A DNA stretch of 64,000 nt from Pseudovirgaria hyperparasitica (taxonomy: Eukaryota). A program made the position numbers and the translations under genes. The stretch lies in NCBI GenBank assembly GCA_010093815.1, contig ML996566.1; one strand, 5' to 3'. The notes under the pieces were generated by a model, which saw only the letters and a list, made by a program, of their open reading frames with translations, was not told the origin of the DNA and searched no databases. This document shows positions 1 to 11,290 of this stretch, one piece after another. Each line of letters begins with the position of its first letter. Within the stretch, counting starts at the first letter, position 1.

Positions 1-1026
1 GAAGATGAGCCTGCCGTCTCCAACAAGAAGCGCAAGCAAGATGCCGACGTATGTGCTCACCTTCCAGCCTTTACGACCGCCTTAACAAAGTGATAGGGCG
101 ACCAGGCTGGTAGTAAGAAGAAGCGCACTGAGCCCGAGCGCAAGAACACCGCTGTCTACGTTACCAAGATCCCACTGGATGCTACTGTAGAGGAGATTCA
201 CAACGTGTTCTCCAAGTGTGGCATGATCGCCAAGAGCGTGGACACGGATGAGAGCCGAATCAAGATGTACGAGGATGAGGAGGGCCATTTCAAGGGCGAC
301 GCACTCATCTCTTATTTCCGCGAGGAGTCCGTGTCGCTTGCCATCAAGATGCTTGACGACGCACCGTTTCGCTTTGGCGCTCCAAAGGAGCAGGAGAATA
401 TGCGCGTCACCGCGGCCGATTTCTCGTACAAGAAGGAGAAGGGCGTCAAGGACGGCGAGGATGGCGCAAAGCCGAAGAGTAACAAGATCAAGCGCAAGAT
501 CCAGCAGCAGTACACCAGCATGGCCGCGTATGTGTTGCTCACCAGAAAACACGACGTGTCTTCTCACACTGACCGATCCAACAGCAAGCTCGCAGACTGG
601 GACGACGACGATCCGCAGACTCTCCAACAGACATCGTCGCGCTTCGACAAAGTCGTCGTCATGAAGCACATGTTCACCCTCCACGAGCTCGAGGAAGACC
701 CGGCCGCGCTTCTCGACATCAAAGAGGAAATCCGCGAGGACTGCGCCAACTACGGCACCGTGACCAACGTCGTCCTCTTCGACAAGGAGCCCGCCGGCGT
801 GGTGACGGTGCGGTTTGGCACGGCGGAGGCGGCGCGCGCATGCGTGGCCAAGTGCGACGGCCGCTCCTTTGCCGGCCGCTTCGTCGAGGCGTACATTGCC
901 GACGGCTCGGAGCGCTTCCGCAAGACGAGCAACCATGCCCGCACCGACGAGGACGAGGCGGAGGAGGAGGCGCGGCTGGAGAAGTTTGGCGACTGGCTCG
1001 AGGCGCAGGAGGCTGAGCAGCGATAG
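1..1026 (+). CDS. CUS2: U2 snRNP-associated splicing factor, Cus2/Tat-SF1 family (RRM + UHM); 5' end outside window. Exons <1-48, 97-527, 585-1026
   Basis: RRM (NTAVYVTKIP...FKGDALISYF), KLADWDDD linker and a second RRM/UHM (VVMKHMFTLHEL...GVVTVRF...GRSFAGR). GTATGT..AG introns at 49-96 and 528-584 keep the frame. Confidence 0.88.
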
Positions 1027-3147
1027 GGGCTTGGTCCTGGCTGCCTCTGATATAACCTTCCTTTCTTCTCCCTTGTGTCTTTGTGTGTAACTAGCGGGGC
1101 ATTCTGGCAGCAGTGGCGGCAGAGGTGGCAGCAGCGACGGTGTTGTCGGCGTCCTGGGTGTTTGGTTCTGGATAGGATAGGATGGGACAGGGTGGGACAG
1201 GCAGGGTAGGGTAGGATAGGACAGCGTAGCATTTCCGTGGCGCCCTGAATACACATACACACATCCATGCAATCGTATACACATTCAAACCCGCGGCCTC
1301 CTCTGTTGGAACGGATGAACGGATGAATGGATGAACGGATGAACGAATGAATGATAAAAACACACAGCACAAAACCCATCAGCGCATGAGACTTGACTCC
1401 TCAATCTCTACAGGTATCCAAGACAGAAATGATTATTGTGGGGAAAATAGAGAGAAGAGAAGGAAGAAGGAAGAGGCAGGTTAATTGGATTCGATGTAAT
1501 GGATTGTGATGGAGGAGACGCTTTGTTGACTGTTTGGTCATATACATGTATTGCCCCGGGTGGGTGTTGGCGTTTTATCTATTTTCTTATAAACCTATTA
1601 GGATGGAATGGGATGGAATAAGAGAAGAGAAGGAAGGGCTGTTTTGAGTCATGCTTATTTATGTATCCATCTACTCATTCAATAATCTATTCGTTGCGCC
1701 GTGTATACACACACAAGTATAGTATAGTCTACCCAAACAGCGCGACTTGAGTTGCAGGAGAGAGTGTGTGAGAGGTAGATAACCGGAGCGATACTCGAGG
1801 TAGAATGTACTTTCATGTTCGCAAGCTAAGCGTTTGGGGTTTATTGAGTATACAAGAATTCAATAGTTGAAGAATCCAATAATTTAAGAATTTGGGAATT
1901 TCAAGATTCTATGCCCAAAAAAAGGAAAGAAAAGAAAAGAGTGGTCGAAGTGCGATGAGGGTTTGAGATGCTTCAATCGAGGCTACTACTTGCCTAGATA
2001 CCTAATCCTATCTACGTAAGCCATTCAACTACCATCACCCACTCACCCATCCACACAAACCACCATCAATCACTCACCGAAAAGGACACGGAAAAAGCAC
2101 AATAGCACCACGCATCCGCATCAGACGGAATGGGCAAAAAGTTCATCGATCTGCCATATTTCCACATCCATCCCATTTCCACATTCCACACCCCATAACT
2201 CCACACGGGTAAGTCGTAAGTCGTAAGTAAGCACGCAAGTCAAACCCTCCGAAGAACCGTCACGTCAATCAGTCAGTCAATCAGTCAGTCAGGCAGACAG
2301 GCAGGAGATTGCGCCGGTACAGCAATCCCTCCGATCATTCCGATCAATGCTTATTGATAATTATCGTCGCCAGTATCACTGTTACCGTTCGCGCGAGAGG
2401 GAAGGGGGAATTGCGATCGACCATGGTAACATTGTATGTACTGTCTGCTCATTGCTGCGGAGCCGGAACGGAGGAAGCGGATCGGAGGTTGTTAGAATGT
2501 ATGTATGACAGTACGTACAGGAAGGAGAGAAAAAGGGTGCGAGTGTGAGGGAGACTAATGTATGTGTATGTGTAGTGTATGTAGGACGGAGAATGGATGA
2601 ATGGAGATAGTATGAAGGATGCAGGATTGCAGATGGGACGGGATGGGAGTGCGACTGCTAGCTAGCAGCCTCAGGCCGTCAACCCATCTGACCCAGGTCC
2701 CATCCCAGCAAGAGTGCGCGCACTGCACTCCATCATGAATGAGCCCTGTGAGGCGCCCCGTTCGCAACCTGCAAACCACATCTCCACAAGAACCATAAAG
2801 TACCACTATATCCACAACGCCCGCATTACGTGGAAAGAGGGGGGTGTTTCATGTATTGTGTCTACTAGCTAATAAGCCCGCAGGGACGTTCACGCTGACC
2901 TGACGCAGGCACAACCCACCTACATGATTATGGCATGCAGCCGGCCAGCCAGTTAGCCAGCCAGCCGGAGCAGTGTTGCAGCACCTGGGAAAAAACCCCT
3001 TGCATACTCTATCCACTCCACTGCACTGCACTCTGTCCACTCTATCCACTCTATCCACTCCACTCCATCTCATCCACTCCGTCCGCCAGCACGCAGGCAC
3101 GCAGGAACGCAGGCCCGACACATGCATGCATGCATATGTAAACTCAC

Positions 3148-3312
3148 CGTCCACGTCCACGTCCACGTCCACGTCCACGTCCGCGGGCAAGCCCTGGCAA
3201 TACCCGCGAGTCTGGCTCCTCGACAGCATAGCAATATGCGAAATCACGTCTCGCTGTAGTAATTAGTAGCCCTGTAGTAGCCCTGTAGTAGCCCTGTAGT
3301 AGCCCTGTAGTA
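3148..3312. repeat. Simple repeats: (TCCACG)n at ~3148-3182 and 11-bp (TAGCCCTGTAG)n x~4 at ~3264-3312
   Basis: Directly visible tandem units. Confidence 0.9.
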
Positions 3313-3910
3313 GCAGCATCATCCACGCGGCACAAGGTTGGGGGGAAGGAGCATGAAAATAATCATAATCCAATCTTACCATCTCGCCAGGATGGCAGTT
3401 TCGTGTATATACCCGCTCGCGGGACCTAGGACCTCGTTTCCTGTATCGAGCAGGTGCGACGAGGGGTGGTGGTGGTGGTAGTGGTGACGAGAGGGTGGAA
3501 GCGAGATGTAGGGATGCTGGGATGCTTGCCGGGGTACGTGATTCATACACAGTACAGCAAGACTCCACATCCGGCACCGAGGGGCCCGATATCGACATTC
3601 GGCACGATCCGACGTGAGGAATAGAGAGGCTGTTGCGGGGGTCCTGGTTGTCATGGTTAGAGATTTCTCAATTTGTTGTTGGTGCTTTGGGGTTTCGAGG
3701 GCCTCTGGGGTTAGTCAGTCGGCAATGATGGGGGGGTTTTGGTCGGGAGGATGGGGGGATGGATGGATGGGCATTTTCGGAGATTCGTTGCGTTTTGGGG
3801 AGTGGAGGGTATTGGGTCTGCGAGTGCATGTATGTATGTGGTTATGTAGTTTATGCCGTGTGTATATGCAGTTCAGGATGATGGACGTCTGGTGTGAGTT
3901 GAGGCCGTTT

Positions 3911-3987
3911 TGACTGCCTGACTGCCTAACTGCCTAACTGCCTAACTGCCTAACTGCCTAACTGCCTGACTGCCTGACTGCCTGACT
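3911..3987. repeat. 8-bp tandem repeat (TRACTGCC) x~9.6
   Basis: TGACTGCC x2, TAACTGCC x5, TGACTGCC x2 plus a partial unit. Confidence 0.95.
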
Positions 3988-4416
3988 AAAGTCGCACATC
4001 TGCTCCAATGAGCACACCGGGCACACCGAGCCTGCTGTATCTCAGTTACACGGTTCATAACAGCAGATATTAATCGTTTCAGGCTGTTTTTGCATTCCTC
4101 GCAGGGCCCTGATAAAAGTCAAGCCTAGGGTGGAGCAGCATCAACGCTTCGCAGACCCAGCCGAACCCCCGGTTCGTTCGCGTGTCTAATCTGTGGACTC
4201 ACAGTCGAGTAGTCGAGTCACGTCACGTCGCGTCGCGTACGGCACACCGACGACCAAGCTATAACATAACAGTCACCAGTAAGAAGCACGAGTATTGACG
4301 CTCGGTAGAGTATGACTGTGGCTGCTGGGAGGCTGGGAGGCTGAGGAGACGAGGTGGTACAGAGTGGCAAGGAAGCCGTGTGGAAGACTGCAGTGGGACC
4401 GCAACGGCTTTTTTGA

Positions 4417-4420
<4 letters not shown>

Positions 4421-4462
<42 letters not shown>
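4421..4462. repeat. (TG)21 microsatellite
   Basis: Perfect dinucleotide run. Confidence 0.97.
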
Positions 4463-4466
<4 letters not shown>

Positions 4467-4536
4467 AAGCCTATGCCATGCCATGCACACCCGAGGCCTC
4501 GTACTCGCCTCACCAGCCAGCCAGCCACGACACAAG

Positions 4537-4539
<3 letters not shown>

Positions 4540-4576
<37 letters not shown>
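4540..4576. repeat. (GCAG)n tetranucleotide microsatellite
   Basis: Directly visible. Confidence 0.93.
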
Positions 4577-4805
4577 AACCAGCACGATGGGAGGGAGGAG
4601 GTCTGGAGATGCATTGCATGGGTGGGCGGACAAGGAACAAGGGGGGAGGCTGCTGGGTCAATGGTTCGGGGTGTGGAAGCATCGCGAATCTCTAGCTATT
4701 AGGCACAGGGATGGCGGGTATGAGGATGAATGGTGGTGAGGGTTGCACGAGAGGGAGTTTTGGGGGGTGGGCATGGAATGGTGAAGATGGACGGATGGAC
4801 GGAGC

Positions 4806-4868
4806 AAGAAGAAGAAGAAGAAGAAGAAGAAGAAGAAGAAGAAGAAGAAGAAGAAGAAGAAGAAGAAG
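4806..4868. repeat. (AAG)21 microsatellite
   Basis: Perfect trinucleotide run. Confidence 0.97.
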
Positions 4869-5621
4869 GGAGGCAGCAGTAATTGACTAGACAGAACGTG
4901 TAGTTAATGACAGCGACGAGAACGTAGTAATGTGGTTTGTGTATTATGTGTGTATTATAGTGTAGCAGCTTACGTAGGTAGCACAGAAAGTCGAGGGTCC
5001 TCTCTCCTCGCCTTAATTAATGCTGACAGCAAAACACTAGTCGGGACGGGGCCTAGCGCCATCATCGGACGAGAAAGGGAAACCAGTCCAAACCCGCATG
5101 CTTATCTCTCCCAGATCGGCCGGGCACGTTTTACAGGTTATAATCTCAAGTCCATGTAGCCGTAGACATGTGTAATAGCAAAACCTAACATCAACCTCTA
5201 ATTATTTTGCCTGAGGGGTCAATCAATAGACATGGAAAAGGAAAAGGGTAACAACAGCCACAGAAGAAGCAGAAGAAGAAGAAGAAGAAGAAAGATCATC
5301 TTCGGCTTCTCACTGCCGGCGGGAGGAGTAGGAGGGTGTGTGTTTTAGTGAATTTCTTTTGTTTATAAGGTTTGCGGCAAGCAGGGCCCCACCAGACAGA
5401 CCAAACCAGCAGATCATACAGTATTGGCAATTTGACGCGTGGGGCTGACTGCCAAGGTGAACCGGTAGTAGCGGGCGCGGGCACACACCTCACATGCCAC
5501 GGGGCGGGAGGGTTAGTCAGGGGAAGGCTGGGCAGAGCTTTTGGGGATGGATGACTGCTTTTTGAGCAGCAGGTGAAGAAGAAGGGCAAGGCGATCGTCC
5601 ATCCCATCCGTGCCACACCGA

Positions 5622-5693
5622 CTTATCAGACTATTATCAGTCTGAGAGAGAGAGCAATTATTACGCCGCCGGCCGTCCATCTGAGCATTATCG
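5622..5693 (-). promoter_or_regulatory. Cluster of three GATAA sites, candidate AreA/Nit2 nitrogen-regulation elements ~2 kb upstream of the ammonium transporter
   Basis: CTTATCA 5622, TTATCA 5634, TTATCG 5688; further CTTATCT at 5101, 7545 and 7801. Function is inferred from the identity of the downstream gene. Confidence 0.45.
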
Positions 5694-7659
5694 GGCCTTT
5701 TTTTATTTTAATCCTTATTCAATTCCCAGAGGAAGATCCGGGGGACGGATTGCGGCGCGATTAAAGCAGGTGCAGCATCCAGGGTATGGTAGTATGGTAG
5801 TGAGGTGGCCAGGCATGCGGAGGACAGTCGGCGCAAGAGAGTGCTAGATATAATAATAGCAGGTGTAGCCATCTACTACGTCTTGGGTCTTGCAGCAGCA
5901 AGCTATATTTACAGTCTATAGATGTCACTCACACACACCACAGCTAATCATCTTGGCTATTCGCGACCGTGACAGCCAGCCAGGGCGCAGTCTTGGCGGT
6001 TTGATATGATGGCATACACACACAGCTTGGACAGACAGAAGGATCCGGGCGCGCAAGATCAATGCAAAACGTAAGAGGATTACGCAAACGACGAGATGGA
6101 CGTTACGTAGGCGATTCGAATGCGTGGTACTGTGGTAGAGAGTTGTGCAAATTATGGGGATGCAGAAACAATGGATGCAAAGATATATAAAGGGAAACCA
6201 TTTATTGAAAGAAGATGAAGAACGGGCAAGCTAGCAGTAAAGATGCAGAGATGGACGGCGGGGATCGACAGGACTAGAGGTATTAGTAGCATGCGAGGCT
6301 CTCCCTCCCTCTGTCTGGCTGTCCCGCCCGCGGATGTCCATGATGGCCCACAAGACGTAGAGGGAGAGGATAAGATTGAAGATGCGGGATGGTGCAGTCA
6401 ATGTAGGTATCCAGCATGTAGGTATGATATTTTATGATGCGGGAGAACGGACAAGAGAAAGGCCGGTCGGAGAGTGCAATTGAGAAGAGAGGCAGTAGGT
6501 AATAATAGTGCTGTAGTGAGTGTAGTGTAGTGTAGATGGGGGAGAGAGGAGTGTCACTGACTGTATGTACTGTACTGTACCAGGGTGGTCACCTAATATT
6601 AGCTGACTTAGGGAGGGGGGGAGGTCCCCTGGTCGCGTCGTCCCGGCTGGTTGGCAGCTAAAAGCGGTATTATGTAGTGAGTCGGCCACAACCAGCAAAA
6701 ACGCCAGCGACTCTCCCCTGCCCAGCAAGTCCGGGCAGCTCATAATTAGATTAATTTACTGACTTTCTACCTACTGTAATTACTGTACTAGTACCCTACA
6801 GGGCTAATCATGCTAATAATGCCCGGCACAAGCCCTGAGAGCGTTGAGTCTGCTGTCTGTATGTAGCTGGTGGTGGGTATATGTCCCGCGCGGTCACCAG
6901 TGCCAGGCCAGGGTCGAGGCGATACCCTGAAAGTACTTAGTCCAGTCTGCTTAACGCTTAACCTGCTTAGACGAGTCCTCCTCCTCCTCCTCCTCCTAAT
7001 CGGGTTCCCCTTCTTTTTTGCCCATCATCAAATTCATTATTCTCCCGCCCTCTTTTCAATAATATAGATACTTCCTCTTCCTCCGACTACTCCTCCTCCT
7101 CCCTTCACCTCCCTCTTACGTCGACCTTGTCTCTTTTCCGTCCTCGTCGTCGTCGTTGTGCTCGTTGGTGCGCAATCAATCAATCCATCAACCACTCTCG
7201 CTTCACCCTTCGCTTCCTACTCGTTCCAGGAGCCTGCTTGTTCGTCTGCGGGTCCCCCTGTCGACCTTGTGTGGCCACTGCTGCTACTTCTGCTGCCACC
7301 CGCCTAGACCTCTCTGTCTCTCTCTCTTATTACTACTCATCCCGCCCGCACTACCCACTTCTGCTCCACGAACCAGCTCGTCTAAACTTCGTCCTACTAC
7401 TACTCACTTCAACAACAACAGACTTCAACCACCACACTCCTTTTGTCGTTCCTTATTCCCTCCAAGCTACTTCTTCCATCCTTCTCCCGCCACTCTGCGA
7501 CGTTGCACCACCTCCGTCCGTCCTGTCTTGGCCGCGACATTCTTCTTATCTGCCAAAACCCCCTCACTTCTTCCCACCCTTCCACTTGGCCTCCTTCTTT
7601 TCTTCCACCACGCCTCCCACTCGCGCCTCGACTGCAACATCATCATCACCATCATCACC

Positions 7660-9216
7660 ATGTCCGAGTCCCAGCCATATGTCCCGCTGGAGCCCTTCAC
7701 CAACCTCACCATTGCCACGGGTGGTGACTCTCTCCAGTATGACCTGAATGTCTTCTACAATGTACGTCGCCTCCTCCAGTGAATGACATGACACCTGCCA
7801 CTTATCTCTAACACACCTCACTAGGCCGGCGACATGGCCTTTGTCATCATCTGCACTGCTCTCGTGCTGCTCATGATTCCCGGCGTCGGCTTCTTCTACT
7901 CTGGTCTGGCGCGAAGAAAGTCGGCTCTGTCGCTGCTATGGCTGTCCGTCATGGCCACCGCCGTCACCTCCTTCCAATGGTTCTTCTGGGGCTACTCCCT
8001 GGCCTTTTCTCACAAGGCCGGCAAGTTCATCGGTGCCTTGGACAACATTGGCTTCAGAAACGTCTTGGCTTACCCGTCCGTTGGAAGCCCAAAGGTGCCT
8101 GATCTGCTCTACGCCGTCTATCAGGGCATGTTTGCTGCCATCACTGTCGCCCTGGCCGTCGGTGCCGTTGCCGAGCGTGGTCGCATGCTGCCCTGCGTCA
8201 TCTTCATGTTCGTCTGGTCCACCGTCATCTACGATCCCATTGCCTGCTGGACCTGGAACTCGTCCGGCTGGTCTTTTGTCATGGGTGGTCTCGACTTTGC
8301 CGGTGGCACACCCGTCCACATCACCTCTGGTTGCGCCGCCCTGGCCTACTCGTACATGCTTGGCAAGCGACGTGGTCACGGCACTCAAGAGCTCAACTAC
8401 CGCCCGCACAACGTCACCCACATTGTCATTGGCACCGTCTTCCTCTGGGTCGGCTGGTTTGGCTTCAACGCCGGTTCTGCGCTCGCTGCGAACCTGCGTG
8501 CCGTCATGGCCGCCGTTGTGACCAACCTGGCTGCCTGCGTGGGTGGTGTGACGTGGTGTCTGGTCGACTACCGTCTCGAGCGCAAGTGGTCCACCGTTGG
8601 CTTCTGCTCCGGTGTCATTGCCGGTCTGGTCTGCATCACTCCCGGCTCTGGCTACGTTCCGGCATGGGCTGCCGTCATCTACGGCGTGTGCGGTGGCGTC
8701 TTTTGCAACTACGCCACCAAGCTCAAGTACTTTCTCCGCTGTGACGACGCGCTCGACATTTTTGCCGTCCATGGCGTCGGTGGCTTTGTCGGAAACATCC
8801 TGACCGCATTCTTCGCCGCCGACTACATAGCCCATCTTGATGGCTTCTCCACCATTCCGGGAGGCTGGCTGAACCAGCACTGGGTCCAGCTTGGCTACCA
8901 GCTCGCCGACTCGGTTGCCGGCGCTTCCTACTCCTTCTTTGGCACTTGCCTCATTCTCGGTGCCATTGACGGCATTGGCAAGTTCTTCCCCATCTTCAAG
9001 CTCCGTGCCAGCGAGGAGGAGGAGATTCTAGGCATCGACGACGTCGAGATTGGTGAATTCGCGTACGACTACGTCGAGCTCACCCGCGAAGTCAAGAGCC
9101 CAGACGACTCGGACGACAACATGAGCCGCAACAGCATCAGCAGCTTTCCGGACCACGCCCAGGCGCCCGAAAAGGGCCACCGACCGCACGACTCGGTCGG
9201 GAGCAGCCAACAATGA
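7660..9216 (+). CDS. Ammonium transporter, Amt/Mep family (MeaA/Mep1-like). Exons 7660-7761, 7825-9216
   Basis: FFYSGLARRKSAL, QWFFWGYSLAF, AERGR, DFAGGTPVH, WFGFNAG, DDALDIFAVHG and GIDDVEIGEFAYDY motifs. Intron GTACGT..CTAAC..TAG at 7762-7824 joins GGDSLQYDLNVFYN to AGDMAF. Confidence 0.96.
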
Positions 9217-10984
9217 CTGCATGGCGCCACTTCCGACGACATTCCCTTGAGGCCTCTGCAGTCAACTTCAGCAGCAGCAGGAGCACGACAGCAGCAGTAG
9301 TAGTCTCTTCCCCTCACCCTGATTTTCCATTGCATATAGCCCTTGCCGCTTTTCGTCCCCGCATGGATAGACTTGGCCGCCGCGGGGGCCAATACCATTG
9401 CAGCGGAAGCAGTCTGGCGCACACACACAGCGAGCGACATGTAGCAAATTCATATTATCGATGAGGATCCATCCCTCTCCTCCTCCCCCTTGCCAAACAA
9501 AGCCGCTGGAAGGGGGGGGGGGGGAGGGTGCGTGGCGTATGGTATATTTTTAGATTTTATTAAAACACGATGTCAAGACCACACTATCATATTTTTTTTT
9601 GGGAGGAGCACGCACATATACAACAACAACAACACCACCCTCGACGAAAACGAGACCAAATACAATACAACACACACACACACAACACACACAACACACG
9701 GCACCCCGCCCCCGTCTTGGGATCTATTTTGCACAAATACGTCATCTACTACATGACTTTTATATTTTTCTGTTTTTCCCTATACGACGCCTTGTTTCTT
9801 GGATATCCTAATACGATCGATCAATCAATCATGTACCAGTCTGTCTAGTGCCTCCTCTCGCGGGCGCTTGGGCGCTTCTTGCTTTATGTTGGGGAATAGG
9901 GATAGGCATAGGAATATGAATAGGGATAGGGATAGGAAGGAGGGGGTGGAGACCTTGCTTTATGAAGAAGACGGGACTTTTTTTATTTTCTCTTGCCTTT
10001 TTTGGCTAGGCCTCTTTTTTCTTCTCCCTACGCATGAGAAGAGGCGGGGCGATTATATCATGTATCTATCTTTTGATCTTTTATCTTGATCTTTATCTAC
10101 CTGTCTGGCTGTGCGTCTTCTGTTGTGGGCAATTACTTGCTCTGCAGACTATGACTATGTGTGTGTGTATCGCATCATCGTAATCGTATCGTGTGTACCA
10201 CCAACAAGTCATGTGACGATAGAGTTTGTTTTAGCGTTTGTTTGTTGTTGTATGTAGTTGATTTGAGATGGGATGGATATATGGTTATGCATGGATGGGG
10301 ACTGTTTGGTTCGTGTGGCGTGGCGTTAGTGCTGTGCTGTGCTGTGCCTCTGAGTCTGTGTGTGTGTTGTACGAACGTGTCGATGAGGGATGTGTGTACA
10401 GCGCGTGACTGGTTTACTCCTTGCGTGCCTTGCTTTCTGTCCTGGCTGTCCTGTCGTGTCTTGGGTTTCCTGTCCTGGTTTCCCTGTCCTGTCTTAGGTT
10501 TCCTGTCCGGGTTTTCCTGTCCTGTCTTGGCTTTCTATCCTATCCCATCCTATCCTATCCTATCCCATCCTATCCTATCCTGGCGTTCCTATCCTGTCCT
10601 TTCCTGTCTTGTGATCCCTTGTCAGACGCCAGACGCCAGACGCCAGACGCCGCCGCGCTGCCGTGCGGTATAGGGTGATGATGAGTCTGCATGTATATTC
10701 CGGATGTATTCCAAAAATATTCCAAATACATGCATGCATGCATACCTATACATACATAGTTGATATCGATGCTCTGGCTGGCATGTTCGCTGTGCCGCGC
10801 CGTTGTGCGCGCGCGGGTAGATGGTAGATGGTAGTGCTGGTTTAGGAGAGGGTGAGTTGGGATTAGGGAGTGTCAAGGGTCAGGGAGTAGGGATCAGGCT
10901 TCTTGGAGGTATCGCGATTCACGATGGAAGTGAGTAGGTGGCAAGGATTGGGGCATTGAGGTATTGAGTGTTGGGAATGGATGC

Positions 10985-11122
10985 TTGGGTATGGTATTAG
11001 GTATAGTGTCAGGCATGGTATCAGGCATGGTATCAGGCATGGTATCAGGCATGGTATCAGGCATGGTATCAGGCATGGTATCAGGCATGGTATCAGGCAT
11101 GGTATCAAGCATGGTATCAAGC
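10985..11122. repeat. 12-bp minisatellite (TCAGGCATGGTA): 8 perfect units at 11009-11104 plus degenerate flanking units
   Basis: Directly visible. Confidence 0.95.
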
Positions 11123-11224
11123 AAGCATAGCATCAAGCATCAGGCATGGTATCATGCATCACGTATTCTAAAAGAAGCGCACGTCGGGGGGCTGCCGGGA
11201 TGGACTGTATAATGCACCGTTCAC

Positions 11225-11290
11225 TGCACCGCACGCTACACCGCACGCTACACCGCACGCTACACCGCACGCTACACCGCACGCTACTAC
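11225..11290. repeat. 12-bp minisatellite (CTACACCGCACG) x~5
   Basis: Directly visible. Confidence 0.93.

Noticed and set aside
82..1284. 400-aa antisense ORF over CUS2, and similar antisense ORFs over the transporter, SSK2, NLRs and RIB7
   Set aside because: Shadow ORFs produced by GC-rich codon bias of the sense gene; no recognisable motifs.
7156..7659. 168 open codons in frame upstream of the ammonium transporter ATG
   Set aside because: Pyrimidine-rich, AUG-free leader that is stop-poor in more than one frame; the translation is not protein-like.
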